Part shown: positions 1 through 8,568 of the stretch, piece after piece | How the letters are laid out: each line of letters begins with the position of its first letter | Numbering within the stretch: the stretch's first letter is position 1 | NCBI GenBank assembly: GCA_037137395.1 | Contig: JBAXKK010000021.1 | Location: forward strand, 1-33,771 | Reading direction: 5' to 3' | DNA: 33,771 bases | Source: Elusimicrobiota bacterium | GTDB lineage: Bacteria; Elusimicrobiota; Elusimicrobia; Elusimicrobiales; UBA9959 | The notes under the pieces: model-generated | What the model was told of the DNA's origin: nothing | The model's input: the letters and a program-made list of their open reading frames with translations, nothing else | Databases searched by the model: none | Position numbers and translations under genes: made by a program

Positions 1-1
1 T

Positions 2-472
2 CCCGTCGTCCGGCTTCACAACCACGGGGAACTTGAGCTCCGCGGCCAGGGCGTGGGCGCCCCCGGCGTCGGACACTATCGCGCCTCTGGCGTAAGGTAT
101 CCCCGCCCGGGCAAAAACCTTCTTCATCAAAGATTTGCGCCTTATCCCCGATACCTCGTCCGCCTGTATTCCGGGAATCCCGAATTCGGTGCGGAGCCCG
201 GCCTCGGCCTCAAGCCAGTACTCGTTATGAGAATCTATCCTGTCAATTTTTCCAAAGCGCCCGGTGAAGAATCGCATGGCCGCGCGCAGGGAGGCCGGGT
301 CGCGCATGTCGCCGGCCTGGTAATACCAGGCCAGCGCGTCACGGAGCTCCGGCCGGAGTTCGCCGAAGGGGGAATCTCCGATACCCAGCACGCTGACGCC
401 CTCTTTTTTCAGGGCGGCACAGAAGAGATAATAGTTCGGGGGAAACGCCGGCGAAAGGAATACAAAGTTCAT
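2..472 (-). CDS. ATP-grasp domain protein (carboxylate-amine ligase family); runs off the window start
   Basis: Manual minus-strand translation from ATG at 472: MNFVFLSPAFPPNYYLFC...IDRIDSHNEYWLE...KSLMKKVF...FPVVVKPDDG. The N-terminus and the 'PVVVKPD.G' motif are typical of this ATP-grasp family. Not in the ORF track because no stop lies in the window. Confidence 0.85.
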   Translation of the reverse strand, partial: MNFVFLSPAFPPNYYLFCAALKKEGVSVLGIGDSPFGELRPELRDALAWYYQAGDMRDPASLRAAMRFFTGRFGKIDRIDSHNEYWLEAEAGLRTEFGIPGIQADEVSGIRRKSLMKKVFARAGIPYARGAIVSDAGGAHALAAELKFPVVVKPDDG

Positions 473-538
473 GTCTAATTAGTATTATAGTATATGGTCG
501 CGGCGCTCAAAAATAAAAAAGACCGGGTTTAAGGCCTC

Positions 539-1354
539 ATGAAAGTAGACTATCACAAATTCTTCAGCAAATCCCTGGGCCAGGATTTTGAGTTCAAATC
601 CTACGGCTCAGCCGGAAAGCCGGTGATGCTCTTCCCCACGTCCAACGGAAGGTTTTACGATTATGAAAACATGGGGCTGATAGAAACCCTCCGCGACTTC
701 ATAGAGCGCGGGGACATACGGGTCTTCGCCGTGGACAGCCGGGACGGGGAAAGTTGGCATAAGCCGGTAAAGGACAAAGAGATGGGACTCCGGCACGCGC
801 GTTACGAAGCCTGCGCGGCAGGCGAAACGCCCAGCTTCATATCTCAAACTTACGGCGTCACCGAAAAATTCATGGCCCTGGGCGCCAGTTTCGGCGCTTT
901 TCACGCCGCTAATTTTTTTCTTAAATTCCCGGGCTGCTTTGACTCCGCCGTATGCCTTAGCGGGCTTTACAGCATGAGAACGGAGCTGGGCGGCTATTCC
1001 GATAAAAATGTATATTTCAACGACCCCCTCAGCTATCTGCCCGGCCTGAACGAAGAAAAAACTCTCGCAAAATTGCGCGACGGCTATATAGTAGTAGCGC
1101 ACGGCCGCGGAGCCTGGGAGCAGTTCAACGACCAGGCGGGGGAATTCGCGCAGGCGCTCAAAAACAAATCAATAACCTGCTGGTATGACGCCTGGGACGA
1201 GACCTGGCCGCACGACTGGCCCACCTGGAAAGCCCAGCTGCGCAAATTCCTGCCGCACTTCAGAGACGGCGTGGCGTTCAAAAAAGGCCTGATAAAATTA
1301 ACGGGGCCGGAAAGAAGGATCACGCCGCGCGCGGACAACCCTCAACATTTATGA
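539..1354 (+). CDS. Alpha/beta-hydrolase fold esterase family protein
   Basis: GASFG nucleophile elbow, FPTSNGR and HDWPTW motifs; this family is often found next to this ATP-grasp family. Confidence 0.85.
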   Translation: MKVDYHKFFSKSLGQDFEFKSYGSAGKPVMLFPTSNGRFYDYENMGLIETLRDFIERGDIRVFAVDSRDGESWHKPVKDKEMGLRHARYEACAAGETPSFISQTYGVTEKFMALGASFGAFHAANFFLKFPGCFDSAVCLSGLYSMRTELGGYSDKNVYFNDPLSYLPGLNEEKTLAKLRDGYIVVAHGRGAWEQFNDQAGEFAQALKNKSITCWYDAWDETWPHDWPTWKAQLRKFLPHFRDGVAFKKGLIKLTGPERRITPRADNPQHL

Positions 1355-1695
1355 CAAATATTATCAAAAACGAAGCGGACCTAGATAAACAGCTGGCGGC
1401 CGGCGCCTCAGTCTTCATCCTGTTCTACTCGCAGTGGTGCCCATATTGCATCGCCTTTCTGCCTTCATACGAGAAGCGCGCCAAAGCGGCGCCAGACAGT
1501 TTCCTTCGCGTATGCATAGACGACATGCCGGATGCGGAGGACAAATACGCGATAGACGTGGTGCCAACCGTCCTGTCATTCAGAAAAGGAAAAGTAGACA
1601 AGCGCCTGGACGGAAAACTCGGCGCAGGGCTGACCGAAACCCACCTGTCCGCATTTATAATTTCCTGCGGCTTCCCGGATAAGAACAAGCTATAG
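1351..1695 (+). CDS. Thioredoxin family protein
   Basis: WCPYC active site, VVPT cis-Pro motif, 114 aa; overlaps the esterase stop (ATGA). Confidence 0.85.
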   Translation: MTNIIKNEADLDKQLAAGASVFILFYSQWCPYCIAFLPSYEKRAKAAPDSFLRVCIDDMPDAEDKYAIDVVPTVLSFRKGKVDKRLDGKLGAGLTETHLSAFIISCGFPDKNKL

Positions 1696-1807
1696 AATAT
1701 CACAATCCTCCGCTAATGTAGTACTGGGCGGGTAAGTCAGCTTCACCATAGAATGAGCGGGATATATGTTATACATTAAAAGTCGTTTGTAATTACAAAG
1801 TGACTAA

Positions 1808-1968
1808 GGGCCGGGATCGGGATTGCTCTGGAGCCGCATAGCGGATGGGAGGCTCCGCCCGGTACGGGTGGAGGGAAACCACGGGAGAGTGGACTGGGCT
1901 GCCCGCGGTTTGCTACGGACACTGTATCCGTTTCCTACGCGGCGCAAGGGCAATCCCGATCCCGGCCC
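1808..1968. other. Structured intergenic element bounded by a perfect 19-bp inverted repeat (candidate ncRNA or miniature element)
   Basis: GGGCCGGGATCGGGATTGC (1808-1826) is the exact reverse complement of GCAATCCCGATCCCGGCCC (1950-1968); further internal stems are present. Confidence 0.55.
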
Positions 1969-2126
1969 GGACCAGCGTGCAACCAGCGATTTAACCGGAC
2001 AACTATAGCGTAGTTTTGGAATGGTGATGGGGGATCGGGGGGATAAATCAGCATTGATTTTCTATCGTAAAAGTTTTAGACTCTCAGTCGTGACATATTT
2101 TCAGATAATTTAATCGGGGGGGCATT

Positions 2127-2900
2127 ATGAAAACCACTATTTACTACTATACCGGCACCGGCAACTCACTCTGGGCGGCAAGAAAGCTGGCGGCCGAACT
2201 TAAAGAAGCCCGCCTCGCCAGCATGCGCCGGGCCTCACCGGAGGACGGAGTGCCAGAAGCCGTTGGACTCGTGTTTCCGGTACATATCTGGGGACTGCCG
2301 CGCAGGGTAATAGATTTTGTCAATCGCCTGCCCGCTGGCAAATCAACCTACTACTTCGCGCTGGCCGTAAACGCCGGCCAGGTGGCCGCCACGCTGACGC
2401 AGCTGAAAAAGCTCATGGAAAAACGCGGCCTGACATTGTCGGCCGGGTTCAACTTTGTAATGCCAAGCAACTACATCCCCTGGGGCGGCCCCGCCCCGGC
2501 TCCCGAACAGGAGAAACAATTCGCGGCGGCGGTTAAAAAAATAAAAGATGTCGCCGGAACTATCAGCCGGGGGGAAACGGCGCCTGTTGAAAAAGGCCCG
2601 CTCTGGCAGAACCTCATCCTGTCCGGCCTGTGCTACAACTTGACATATTCAAAAGTGCCCAAGATGGATAAAGATTTCTGGACGGACGATAAATGCAATT
2701 CCTGCGCCATCTGCACTTCCGTCTGCCCCAGCGGCAATATCCTGCTGAGCGCCGGAAAGCCCGTCTGGCAGGGCCGCTGCGAACAATGCCTGGCCTGCAT
2801 CCAGTGGTGCCCGCTCGAGGCCATCCAGCTCGGCAAAAAGACCCCGGCCTACGCCCGCTACCATCATCCGGAAATAACCCTCTCCGATATGCTGGCGTAA
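2127..2900 (+). CDS. Flavodoxin-fold / 2x[4Fe-4S] ferredoxin fusion (EFR1-like)
   Basis: N-terminal YYTGTGNS flavodoxin loop; C-terminal CNSCAICTSVCP and CEQCLACIQWCP motifs. Confidence 0.9.
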   Translation: MKTTIYYYTGTGNSLWAARKLAAELKEARLASMRRASPEDGVPEAVGLVFPVHIWGLPRRVIDFVNRLPAGKSTYYFALAVNAGQVAATLTQLKKLMEKRGLTLSAGFNFVMPSNYIPWGGPAPAPEQEKQFAAAVKKIKDVAGTISRGETAPVEKGPLWQNLILSGLCYNLTYSKVPKMDKDFWTDDKCNSCAICTSVCPSGNILLSAGKPVWQGRCEQCLACIQWCPLEAIQLGKKTPAYARYHHPEITLSDMLA

Positions 2901-2903
2901 CAA

Positions 2904-2930
2904 GTGAATTCCAGGGCAATATATTTAGTC
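2904..2930. repeat. Degenerate copy of a GTGA(A)TTCC...TATATTTA REP-like repeat
   Basis: GTGAATTCCAGGGCAATATATTTAGTC just after the stop codon; resembles 10620-10657 and 15828-15853. Confidence 0.35.
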
Positions 2931-3040
2931 AATCCGATAAAAAACCCTGGTAATCGATTTAACATTTATAAATCAACGCAAACTTTGTATTCTGTTCTTG
3001 AGACACCTTTATCGGCGCCGCACGGGGTACGTGGACAACA

Positions 3041-4702
3041 ATGGCTGAAATGATATACGGCACCGCTGCCGATTTTGTAAACCAAAGCGAAAAAGATTTT
3101 TTTGACCTGCTGGAAAAAAGCCCGGCCACCAAGGGCTGGACCATCATCTATTCCCACAAACTACTCGCCGGGAAGCAAGGCGAGGTGGATTTTCTGGCCA
3201 TAGTGCCCGGCCTAGGCACGATAGTCATAGAGCTTAAATCCGCCTATCTGGACACGAAGACGCGCCGCCGCCCCGGCTTCCGCTACCATGACGGCAATGT
3301 CGTGCCCATGGATGAAGTGTTTTTCCGACTGCTTGAAACCGAGCGCGGCGTGCGCGCGCTTCTGCAGCGCAAATCGCCAAATATCTTCTCAGGCAGCATA
3401 GTTTACTTCCAGCGCGTGTCGGAGGCGGAACTTTCCGCCCTGCCGTTCCAAAAGAACCAGTATATAAGCAGCGACTGCCCCTACGCCGACGTGCCGGCCC
3501 AGATAGCCGCAAAAGCCTTCCTTCAGAAGCGGGAACTGTACGAGAAGTATAATTTTAGCGCGTTCATCACAATTTCAGAGCGCCAGGCCGCCGAGATCGT
3601 CAGCTATCTGCGCGGCGAACTGCTTGAGTCGGAAAACGCGGTCTGCGAGCGATACCTGGCGGGGCCTAAGTCGGACGTGGTTGAAAGCTTACGCCTGTCT
3701 TACAACACGCTGCGCGGAGTGCAGCGTCTGCTGGTTAAGGGGCCCGTGGGCTCCGGCAAAACCTATATGCTGCGCAACCGCGCCAGGGAACTTTCCCCGG
3801 GCAAAAAGGCGCTGGTTATCTGCTATAACAAACTGCTGGCCAGCCGGCTCGAAAAAGATCTTAAAGATTGCCTCGGAGTAGAAGTTTTTTGCCTTGAGGC
3901 CTATATGCGGCGCAAGAGCGGCGTGCCCTGGCCGCAAAATGTAACCAGCGAGATTATACGGGGCGATCTGGCGCGCCTGGCCATAGAAAAGCTGAAAAGC
4001 AAGAAGCCGGTATACGACCTGCTGCTAGTGGACGAGTTTCAGGACCTCCTCTCAACGCCCTGGCTTGAACTGCTTGACGCCTCAGTAAAAGGGGGCCTCG
4101 CGGCCGGCAAGGTCTGGCTGTTCGCTGACTTTTCAATGGCGTCTCTTAATAGCCCCGACATCAAAGCCCCTGAATTCTTAAAAAACTATAATTTCCAGGA
4201 CAGGATGGTGACTCTTAACGTAAACAGGCGCAACGCTCAAAACGTGGCCCATGCGCTTACTGAAATAGCCCGCTTTCCCGGCAAAAGGCCAATCTACGAG
4301 GATTTCTCCTGCAAATACGAGTTCCCGGTGGATATCGTCACCTACACCACACCGGAAGACCACCTGGCAAAGGTTAACGCCAAAATCACCGAACTAACCG
4401 GCCGGGACTACGGCTACAGCCCCAAAGATATAACCCTGCTTTCCGCCCACAGCGATAAAAATTCCGCCATAGCCGGCGCCGCTCTGGGCGGCTGCGCCCC
4501 CTGCGTTTCCGTGCACCGCTACAAAGGCATGGAATCAAAAGTGGTAATGCTATGCGACCTGCAGAACGACCCCAGAAAAATGTGGCCCGATCCCCGCGTG
4601 GTCCTATACCTGGGCTTCTCCCGGGCATCCTTCCGCCTAGTCTGCTTCGTACACGAAGGTTTCGCTGACAGCTTTAAGAAAATAACCGGACCTGGACTCT
4701 AA
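3041..4702 (+). CDS. NERD-domain nuclease fused to SF1 helicase/ATPase
   Basis: GEVDFLAIVPGLGTIVIELKS (NERD E-x-D...E-x-K), Walker A GPVGSGKT, Walker B LVDEFQD, SF1 C-terminal motifs HRYKGMES and YLGFSRA. Confidence 0.8.
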   Translation: MAEMIYGTAADFVNQSEKDFFDLLEKSPATKGWTIIYSHKLLAGKQGEVDFLAIVPGLGTIVIELKSAYLDTKTRRRPGFRYHDGNVVPMDEVFFRLLETERGVRALLQRKSPNIFSGSIVYFQRVSEAELSALPFQKNQYISSDCPYADVPAQIAAKAFLQKRELYEKYNFSAFITISERQAAEIVSYLRGELLESENAVCERYLAGPKSDVVESLRLSYNTLRGVQRLLVKGPVGSGKTYMLRNRARELSPGKKALVICYNKLLASRLEKDLKDCLGVEVFCLEAYMRRKSGVPWPQNVTSEIIRGDLARLAIEKLKSKKPVYDLLLVDEFQDLLSTPWLELLDASVKGGLAAGKVWLFADFSMASLNSPDIKAPEFLKNYNFQDRMVTLNVNRRNAQNVAHALTEIARFPGKRPIYEDFSCKYEFPVDIVTYTTPEDHLAKVNAKITELTGRDYGYSPKDITLLSAHSDKNSAIAGAALGGCAPCVSVHRYKGMESKVVMLCDLQNDPRKMWPDPRVVLYLGFSRASFRLVCFVHEGFADSFKKITGPGL

Positions 4703-4708
4703 TTAATT

Positions 4709-6616
4709 ATGAACGAACAATCACATTTACGCTGCGGCTGGGAATCTGAACTCGGGGTTTTAGTCACTTCTGACAGGGCCCTAGTAATACGCTCCTTGGA
4801 AAACTTCGTCCAAGATGCCTCCGCTAGCCAGAAAACCGCATGGAAAGATGAAGTAAAAATTCTCCAGTCAGCTGGCGGCGCTGCTCTAGCCGCCGACACT
4901 AACGCCACAGTCTACCACTCAATCCTTGAGTACCAGCTGCCATTAGAATCCCGCCGCCCCGACGTTGTTCTGCTTGAAAATGGCAATGTGCTGGTAATTG
5001 AGTTCAAAGGTAAAGAGCTTCCAACCGCGGCCGATATAGACCAGGTCAGCGCTTATGCCAGAGATTTACGCAATTACCACCGAGATTGCGCGGACAGGCA
5101 GGTTCATGCTTTGCTTATCCCCAGCCGTTTCATCGGCAACACTCAGCAGGTAGCAGGGACTTACATTGTAAACCCTAAAGATTTAAACACCCTGATAAAT
5201 ACTCTTTCAAAGCCGGCCTATCCGCCCATAGACAGCAAATCATTTCTTTCACAAGAGGCTTATTCCCCGCTTCCTAGCCTTGTAAAAGCAGCCCGTGAGC
5301 TTTTTGAATCTAAGACGATACGCAAAGTCTGGCGTGCCAACGCCAGCACAGACCCGTCTATAAAACTAATTACAGAAATCACCCATGAGGCTGCCCGCAC
5401 CAAAACCCGCCGGTTAATACTTCTTACTGGTTCGCCCGGCTCCGGCAAGACCTTAGTTGGCTTGCGTGCCGTGCACGCCGGCTTTCTGGACGATCTATCT
5501 ATAGAGAGAAAAACTGGCAAACCTACAGCGCCAGCAGTGTTCTTATCCGGCAATGGTCCATTGGTGGAAGTATTGCAGTATGAATTAAAGCGCGCAGAGG
5601 GCGGTAGAACTTTTGTCCGCGGTGTTAAAAACTATGTGGAAGCTTACTCGCGTCGCCCAGACGCCATCCCGCCAGAGCACTTCCTGGTGTTCGATGAAGC
5701 CCAACGTGCCTGGGATGCCCAGCAAGTGGGTGAAAAACACGGGCACACAGACGCCAAGTCAGAGCCTGACCACTTTATTGAATTCGCGGGGCGTATTCCC
5801 GAATGGTGCGTTGTTTTGGGTTTAATTGGCACCGGCCAGGAAATAAACAAAGGTGAAGAAGGTGGCGTAATACAATGGGTTAAAGCCGTAGAGAACTCTA
5901 CAAAAAGTGAAGAGTGGACTATTCATGCCTCGACTCAACTCGAAGACCTTTTCACAAAAACAAAAGCTACCCATTCAACTCATGAAGCGCTGCGCCTAAC
6001 AGAAGAAGTTCGGTTCCATTTAGTAACCAAAATCCATGATTTCGTAGATGGCCTGCTTAAAAACGTCTCTATACAAGAAATAAGCAAAATCATTGCAGAG
6101 CTAAAAGCGTCTTACCCCATATATATAACCCGCGATTTAGAGCAGGCAAAAGACTATGTAAAAAATCGCTATGAAGAAAACAAGGACGCGCGTTTCGGAA
6201 TGCTTGCATCTTCCAGGGATAAGATTCTCCGGAACTTCGGCGTGCGGAACGAATTCCAAGATTCGAAAAACATGAAGATTGGCCCCTGGTTTTCTGAGGG
6301 CGAGGAAAACGAACACTCCTGCCGCCATCTAACAAAAACTGCCACAGAGTACCAAGCCCAAGGCCTAGAACTGGACTTCTCTATAGTCTGCTGGGGAGGG
6401 GACCTTATTCGAAAAGCTGGCGCCTGGACAAATGAGAACGCCACCAATTATAGGCGCGGCAGCCATGTAATAGATCCGATGCAACTCCGAATAAACTCTT
6501 ACCGCGTACTCCTAACCCGAGGCCGCGACGGCATGATCATCTTCGTCCCAAAGCTTACCCTTTTAGATGAAACCTATGAGAACCTTAAGCAGATTGGGAT
6601 TAAGGAATTGATCTAG
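4709..6616 (+). CDS. DUF2075 (Schlafen group 3-like helicase) protein with N-terminal PD-(D/E)xK nuclease-like domain
   Basis: RRPDVVLL...VIEFKG nuclease motif, Walker A GSPGSGKT, FDEAQRAW, QGLELDF, YRVLLTRGRDG. Confidence 0.85.
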   Translation: MNEQSHLRCGWESELGVLVTSDRALVIRSLENFVQDASASQKTAWKDEVKILQSAGGAALAADTNATVYHSILEYQLPLESRRPDVVLLENGNVLVIEFKGKELPTAADIDQVSAYARDLRNYHRDCADRQVHALLIPSRFIGNTQQVAGTYIVNPKDLNTLINTLSKPAYPPIDSKSFLSQEAYSPLPSLVKAARELFESKTIRKVWRANASTDPSIKLITEITHEAARTKTRRLILLTGSPGSGKTLVGLRAVHAGFLDDLSIERKTGKPTAPAVFLSGNGPLVEVLQYELKRAEGGRTFVRGVKNYVEAYSRRPDAIPPEHFLVFDEAQRAWDAQQVGEKHGHTDAKSEPDHFIEFAGRIPEWCVVLGLIGTGQEINKGEEGGVIQWVKAVENSTKSEEWTIHASTQLEDLFTKTKATHSTHEALRLTEEVRFHLVTKIHDFVDGLLKNVSIQEISKIIAELKASYPIYITRDLEQAKDYVKNRYEENKDARFGMLASSRDKILRNFGVRNEFQDSKNMKIGPWFSEGEENEHSCRHLTKTATEYQAQGLELDFSIVCWGGDLIRKAGAWTNENATNYRRGSHVIDPMQLRINSYRVLLTRGRDGMIIFVPKLTLLDETYENLKQIGIKELI

Positions 6617-6672
6617 TTGCATCCGACATCTCTCTCAAGTATTCCCATTTCTCTTAAAAGAATCAAAATCCA

Positions 6673-6708
6673 CCCCGACACGACGCTGTCGGGGTCGCCT
6701 GCTATGCT
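6673..6708 (+). promoter_or_regulatory. Palindromic operator CCCCGACA-N6-TGTCGGGG plus extended -10 (TGc-TATGCT)
   Basis: TGTCGG (6687-6692), 10 nt, TATGCT (6703-6708); repeated at 7704 and 14119. Confidence 0.7.
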
Positions 6709-6730
6709 ATTTATACTGCATGGGGGGATT

Positions 6731-7375
6731 ATGCTTTATCTTTATCTGGATGAAAGCGGGGACCTCGGTTTTGACTTCGTAAATAAAAAGCCAAGCTCGT
6801 TTTTCACTATTTGCGTGCTGGCTATTAAAGGCTGGGGAAATGACCGGGCGCTGGCGAACGCTGTCAGGGCGGTTTTAAGGCGTAAGCTTTTTTTGAGCTC
6901 TAATAAAGAGGGGCCGGAACTTAAAGGAAGCGCTGATTCGCAGGAATTAAAAAGATTCTTTTATAAAAAAGTCCGGCATGTGGATTTTAAACTATATTCA
7001 GTAACTCTTAATAAAAAACGAGTTTGCTCGCACCTGGCCCTGGATAAGGAGAGAATTTATAATTATATTGCCAGATTAGCGCTGGAACGGGTCAATTTTC
7101 GAGATGCCGCGGTAAGGGTTATAATGACCGTGGACAAAAGCAAATCGCGTAAAGGGGTCTCGGAATTCAACAGCTATATAATAAGCCAAATAAAAGCATT
7201 CATTGATCCACTTGTAGCGTTAGATATCCTTCATGTGAATTCATATGAAAGCCCCGGCCTGCAGGCCGCAGACATGTTTACCTGGGGGCTCTTTAGAAAA
7301 TACGAGAGGGAGGACCTTGAATGGCTGAATGTTTTTAAGGCGCGGGTTTGTTTGGATAGGTTGTACTTGCCTTAA
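6731..7375 (+). CDS. DUF3800 family protein (RNase H-like fold)
   Basis: YLDESGDLG N-terminal motif, ELKGS and GLQAAD C-terminal motif; start moved to ATG 6731 behind a GGGGGA RBS-like sequence. Confidence 0.85.
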   Translation: MLYLYLDESGDLGFDFVNKKPSSFFTICVLAIKGWGNDRALANAVRAVLRRKLFLSSNKEGPELKGSADSQELKRFFYKKVRHVDFKLYSVTLNKKRVCSHLALDKERIYNYIARLALERVNFRDAAVRVIMTVDKSKSRKGVSEFNSYIISQIKAFIDPLVALDILHVNSYESPGLQAADMFTWGLFRKYEREDLEWLNVFKARVCLDRLYLP

Positions 7376-7376
7376 A

Positions 7377-7475
7377 ATGAAGAAGAGCGTGCCGAGCAGG
7401 CTTAACGTCCAGGCTATTAGCCACCATCCGGAGGGGAACACCTGGAACCACCTGAAACGGACTTATCGCTCTTCA
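7377..7475 (-). ncRNA. Candidate DUF3800-associated structured small RNA, convergent with the DUF3800 gene
   Basis: Nested stems 7382-7389/7467-7474, 7392-7394/7458-7460, 7397-7400/7451-7454 and 7408-7413/7441-7446; it begins just downstream of a near-consensus minus-strand promoter and ends in UUCAUUUU. Confidence 0.7.
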
Positions 7476-7480
7476 CTTAT

Positions 7481-7509
7481 AGTATAACACCGGTAAGTTT
7501 GCCTGTCAA
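7481..7509 (-). promoter_or_regulatory. sigma70 promoter TTGACA-17 nt-TATACT with extended -10 TG
   Basis: The minus strand reads TTGACA GGCAAACTTACCGGTGT TATACT. Confidence 0.8.
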
Positions 7510-7703
7510 TCACAATTCCTTCCAATCACTTAAAACGCTTCACTAGACTGGTTGGTGGCCAAAGGCCGGGGGACGTAGATGACTTTATGGCTATTTATCC
7601 CCATACGGGGAAAAGGTGCCGGGAGACTTCCGTAGAGACCTCATTTAATTAAAAGCCGCCGATTTAGTAATTTTAAATACACATATTACAAAAACCATGC
7701 CGA

Positions 7704-7738
7704 CCGACACCACGCTGTCGGGAGCGCTTTGCTATAAT
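7704..7738 (+). promoter_or_regulatory. Palindromic operator CCGACA-N6-TGTCGG plus extended -10 (TGc-TATAAT)
   Basis: CCGACA 7704-7709, TGTCGG 7716-7721, 11 nt, TATAAT 7733-7738; lies upstream of the MBL hydrolase-DinG pair. Confidence 0.7.
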
Positions 7739-7765
7739 AGGGTTGGCGGAAGAATCTGAAAATCA

Positions 7766-8557
7766 ATGGCTCTTAAATTTAAATCTTTATGTTCGGGCAG
7801 CAGCGGGAATGCCGCGCTATTGTGGACCGGCAGCGCCGCGGTGTTGATTGATTTCGCCCCGGGCTGCCAGCGCGATTGCAGAGCGTCGCTTAAAGAGGCC
7901 AGAAAGATCTGCGGCTCGCTGGACGCCGTCCTTGTAACGCACGCGCACGGCGACCACATCAACGGCAATTCGCTTAGAGTTTTGCACGAAGAGGGGCTTA
8001 AGGCGCGGTGCCACTCCGGGGTTTATCATCAGATCAAGGCCAGGCACGGCGAGAAGTACGCGGCGATACTTAGCCCGTTTGAGGACGCGCTGACGATCGG
8101 AGATTTAACGGTCCGCCATATCCGCGTGGAGCACGCGCCGGACTGCTGCACGACCGCTTTTATTATTACCACCACAAGGCGCGGGCGCGAATTTAAGGCC
8201 GCTATCTTTACCGATTTTAACGGCTTCACCGACGAGCATGTGGCGTTCGCGGCTAATTCCGATTTGCTTTTCCTCGAGGCGAACCATGACACGGAACTTT
8301 TAAAAATATTCGGCCATTACGGCTCGGAGTTCCATATGTCTAACAGGAAAACCGCAAAATTCCTGCATAAGATCTGCAAGGCCAGCGCCGGACAGCCGCA
8401 GGCGGTTGTCTTGGGACACCTGAGCACGGACTGCAACAAGCCGCATCTGCCGCAGAAGGAAATAGAGGGCTATTTTAATAAGCATAAGCTGCCAGTTAAA
8501 TTTAAGATCCACGTGGCCAAGCGCTATGAGCCTGGCCGGATAATTGTCATATCGTAA
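7766..8557 (+). CDS. MBL-fold metallo-hydrolase (YycJ/PhnP-like, possible 5'-3' exonuclease)
   Basis: SGSSGN, THAHGDH, FTD, LEANHD, HMSN and LGHLS motifs. Confidence 0.85.
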   Translation: MALKFKSLCSGSSGNAALLWTGSAAVLIDFAPGCQRDCRASLKEARKICGSLDAVLVTHAHGDHINGNSLRVLHEEGLKARCHSGVYHQIKARHGEKYAAILSPFEDALTIGDLTVRHIRVEHAPDCCTTAFIITTTRRGREFKAAIFTDFNGFTDEHVAFAANSDLLFLEANHDTELLKIFGHYGSEFHMSNRKTAKFLHKICKASAGQPQAVVLGHLSTDCNKPHLPQKEIEGYFNKHKLPVKFKIHVAKRYEPGRIIVIS

Positions 8558-8568
8558 GCGTCTAGCCA

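Noticed and set aside
53..478. 141-aa plus-strand ORF
   Set aside because: Shadow of the ATP-grasp gene on the minus strand, which has clear family motifs.
1808..1968. Retron msr-msd interpretation of the inverted repeat
   Set aside because: No reverse transcriptase gene in the window.
1823..2008. 61-aa ORF over the inverted-repeat element
   Set aside because: TTG start, no RBS, no recognisable motif; the region is better explained by secondary structure.
6617..6730. N-terminal extension of the DUF3800 ORF from a TTG
   Set aside because: It covers the operator/promoter that is duplicated at 14110-14179; the family motif starts at ATG 6731.
7241..7441. 66-aa minus-strand ORF as the product of the 7481-7509 promoter
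   Set aside because: GTG start buried in a stem, no SD, and it runs antisense into the DUF3800 gene. A small peptide is not fully excluded but a structured RNA fits better.
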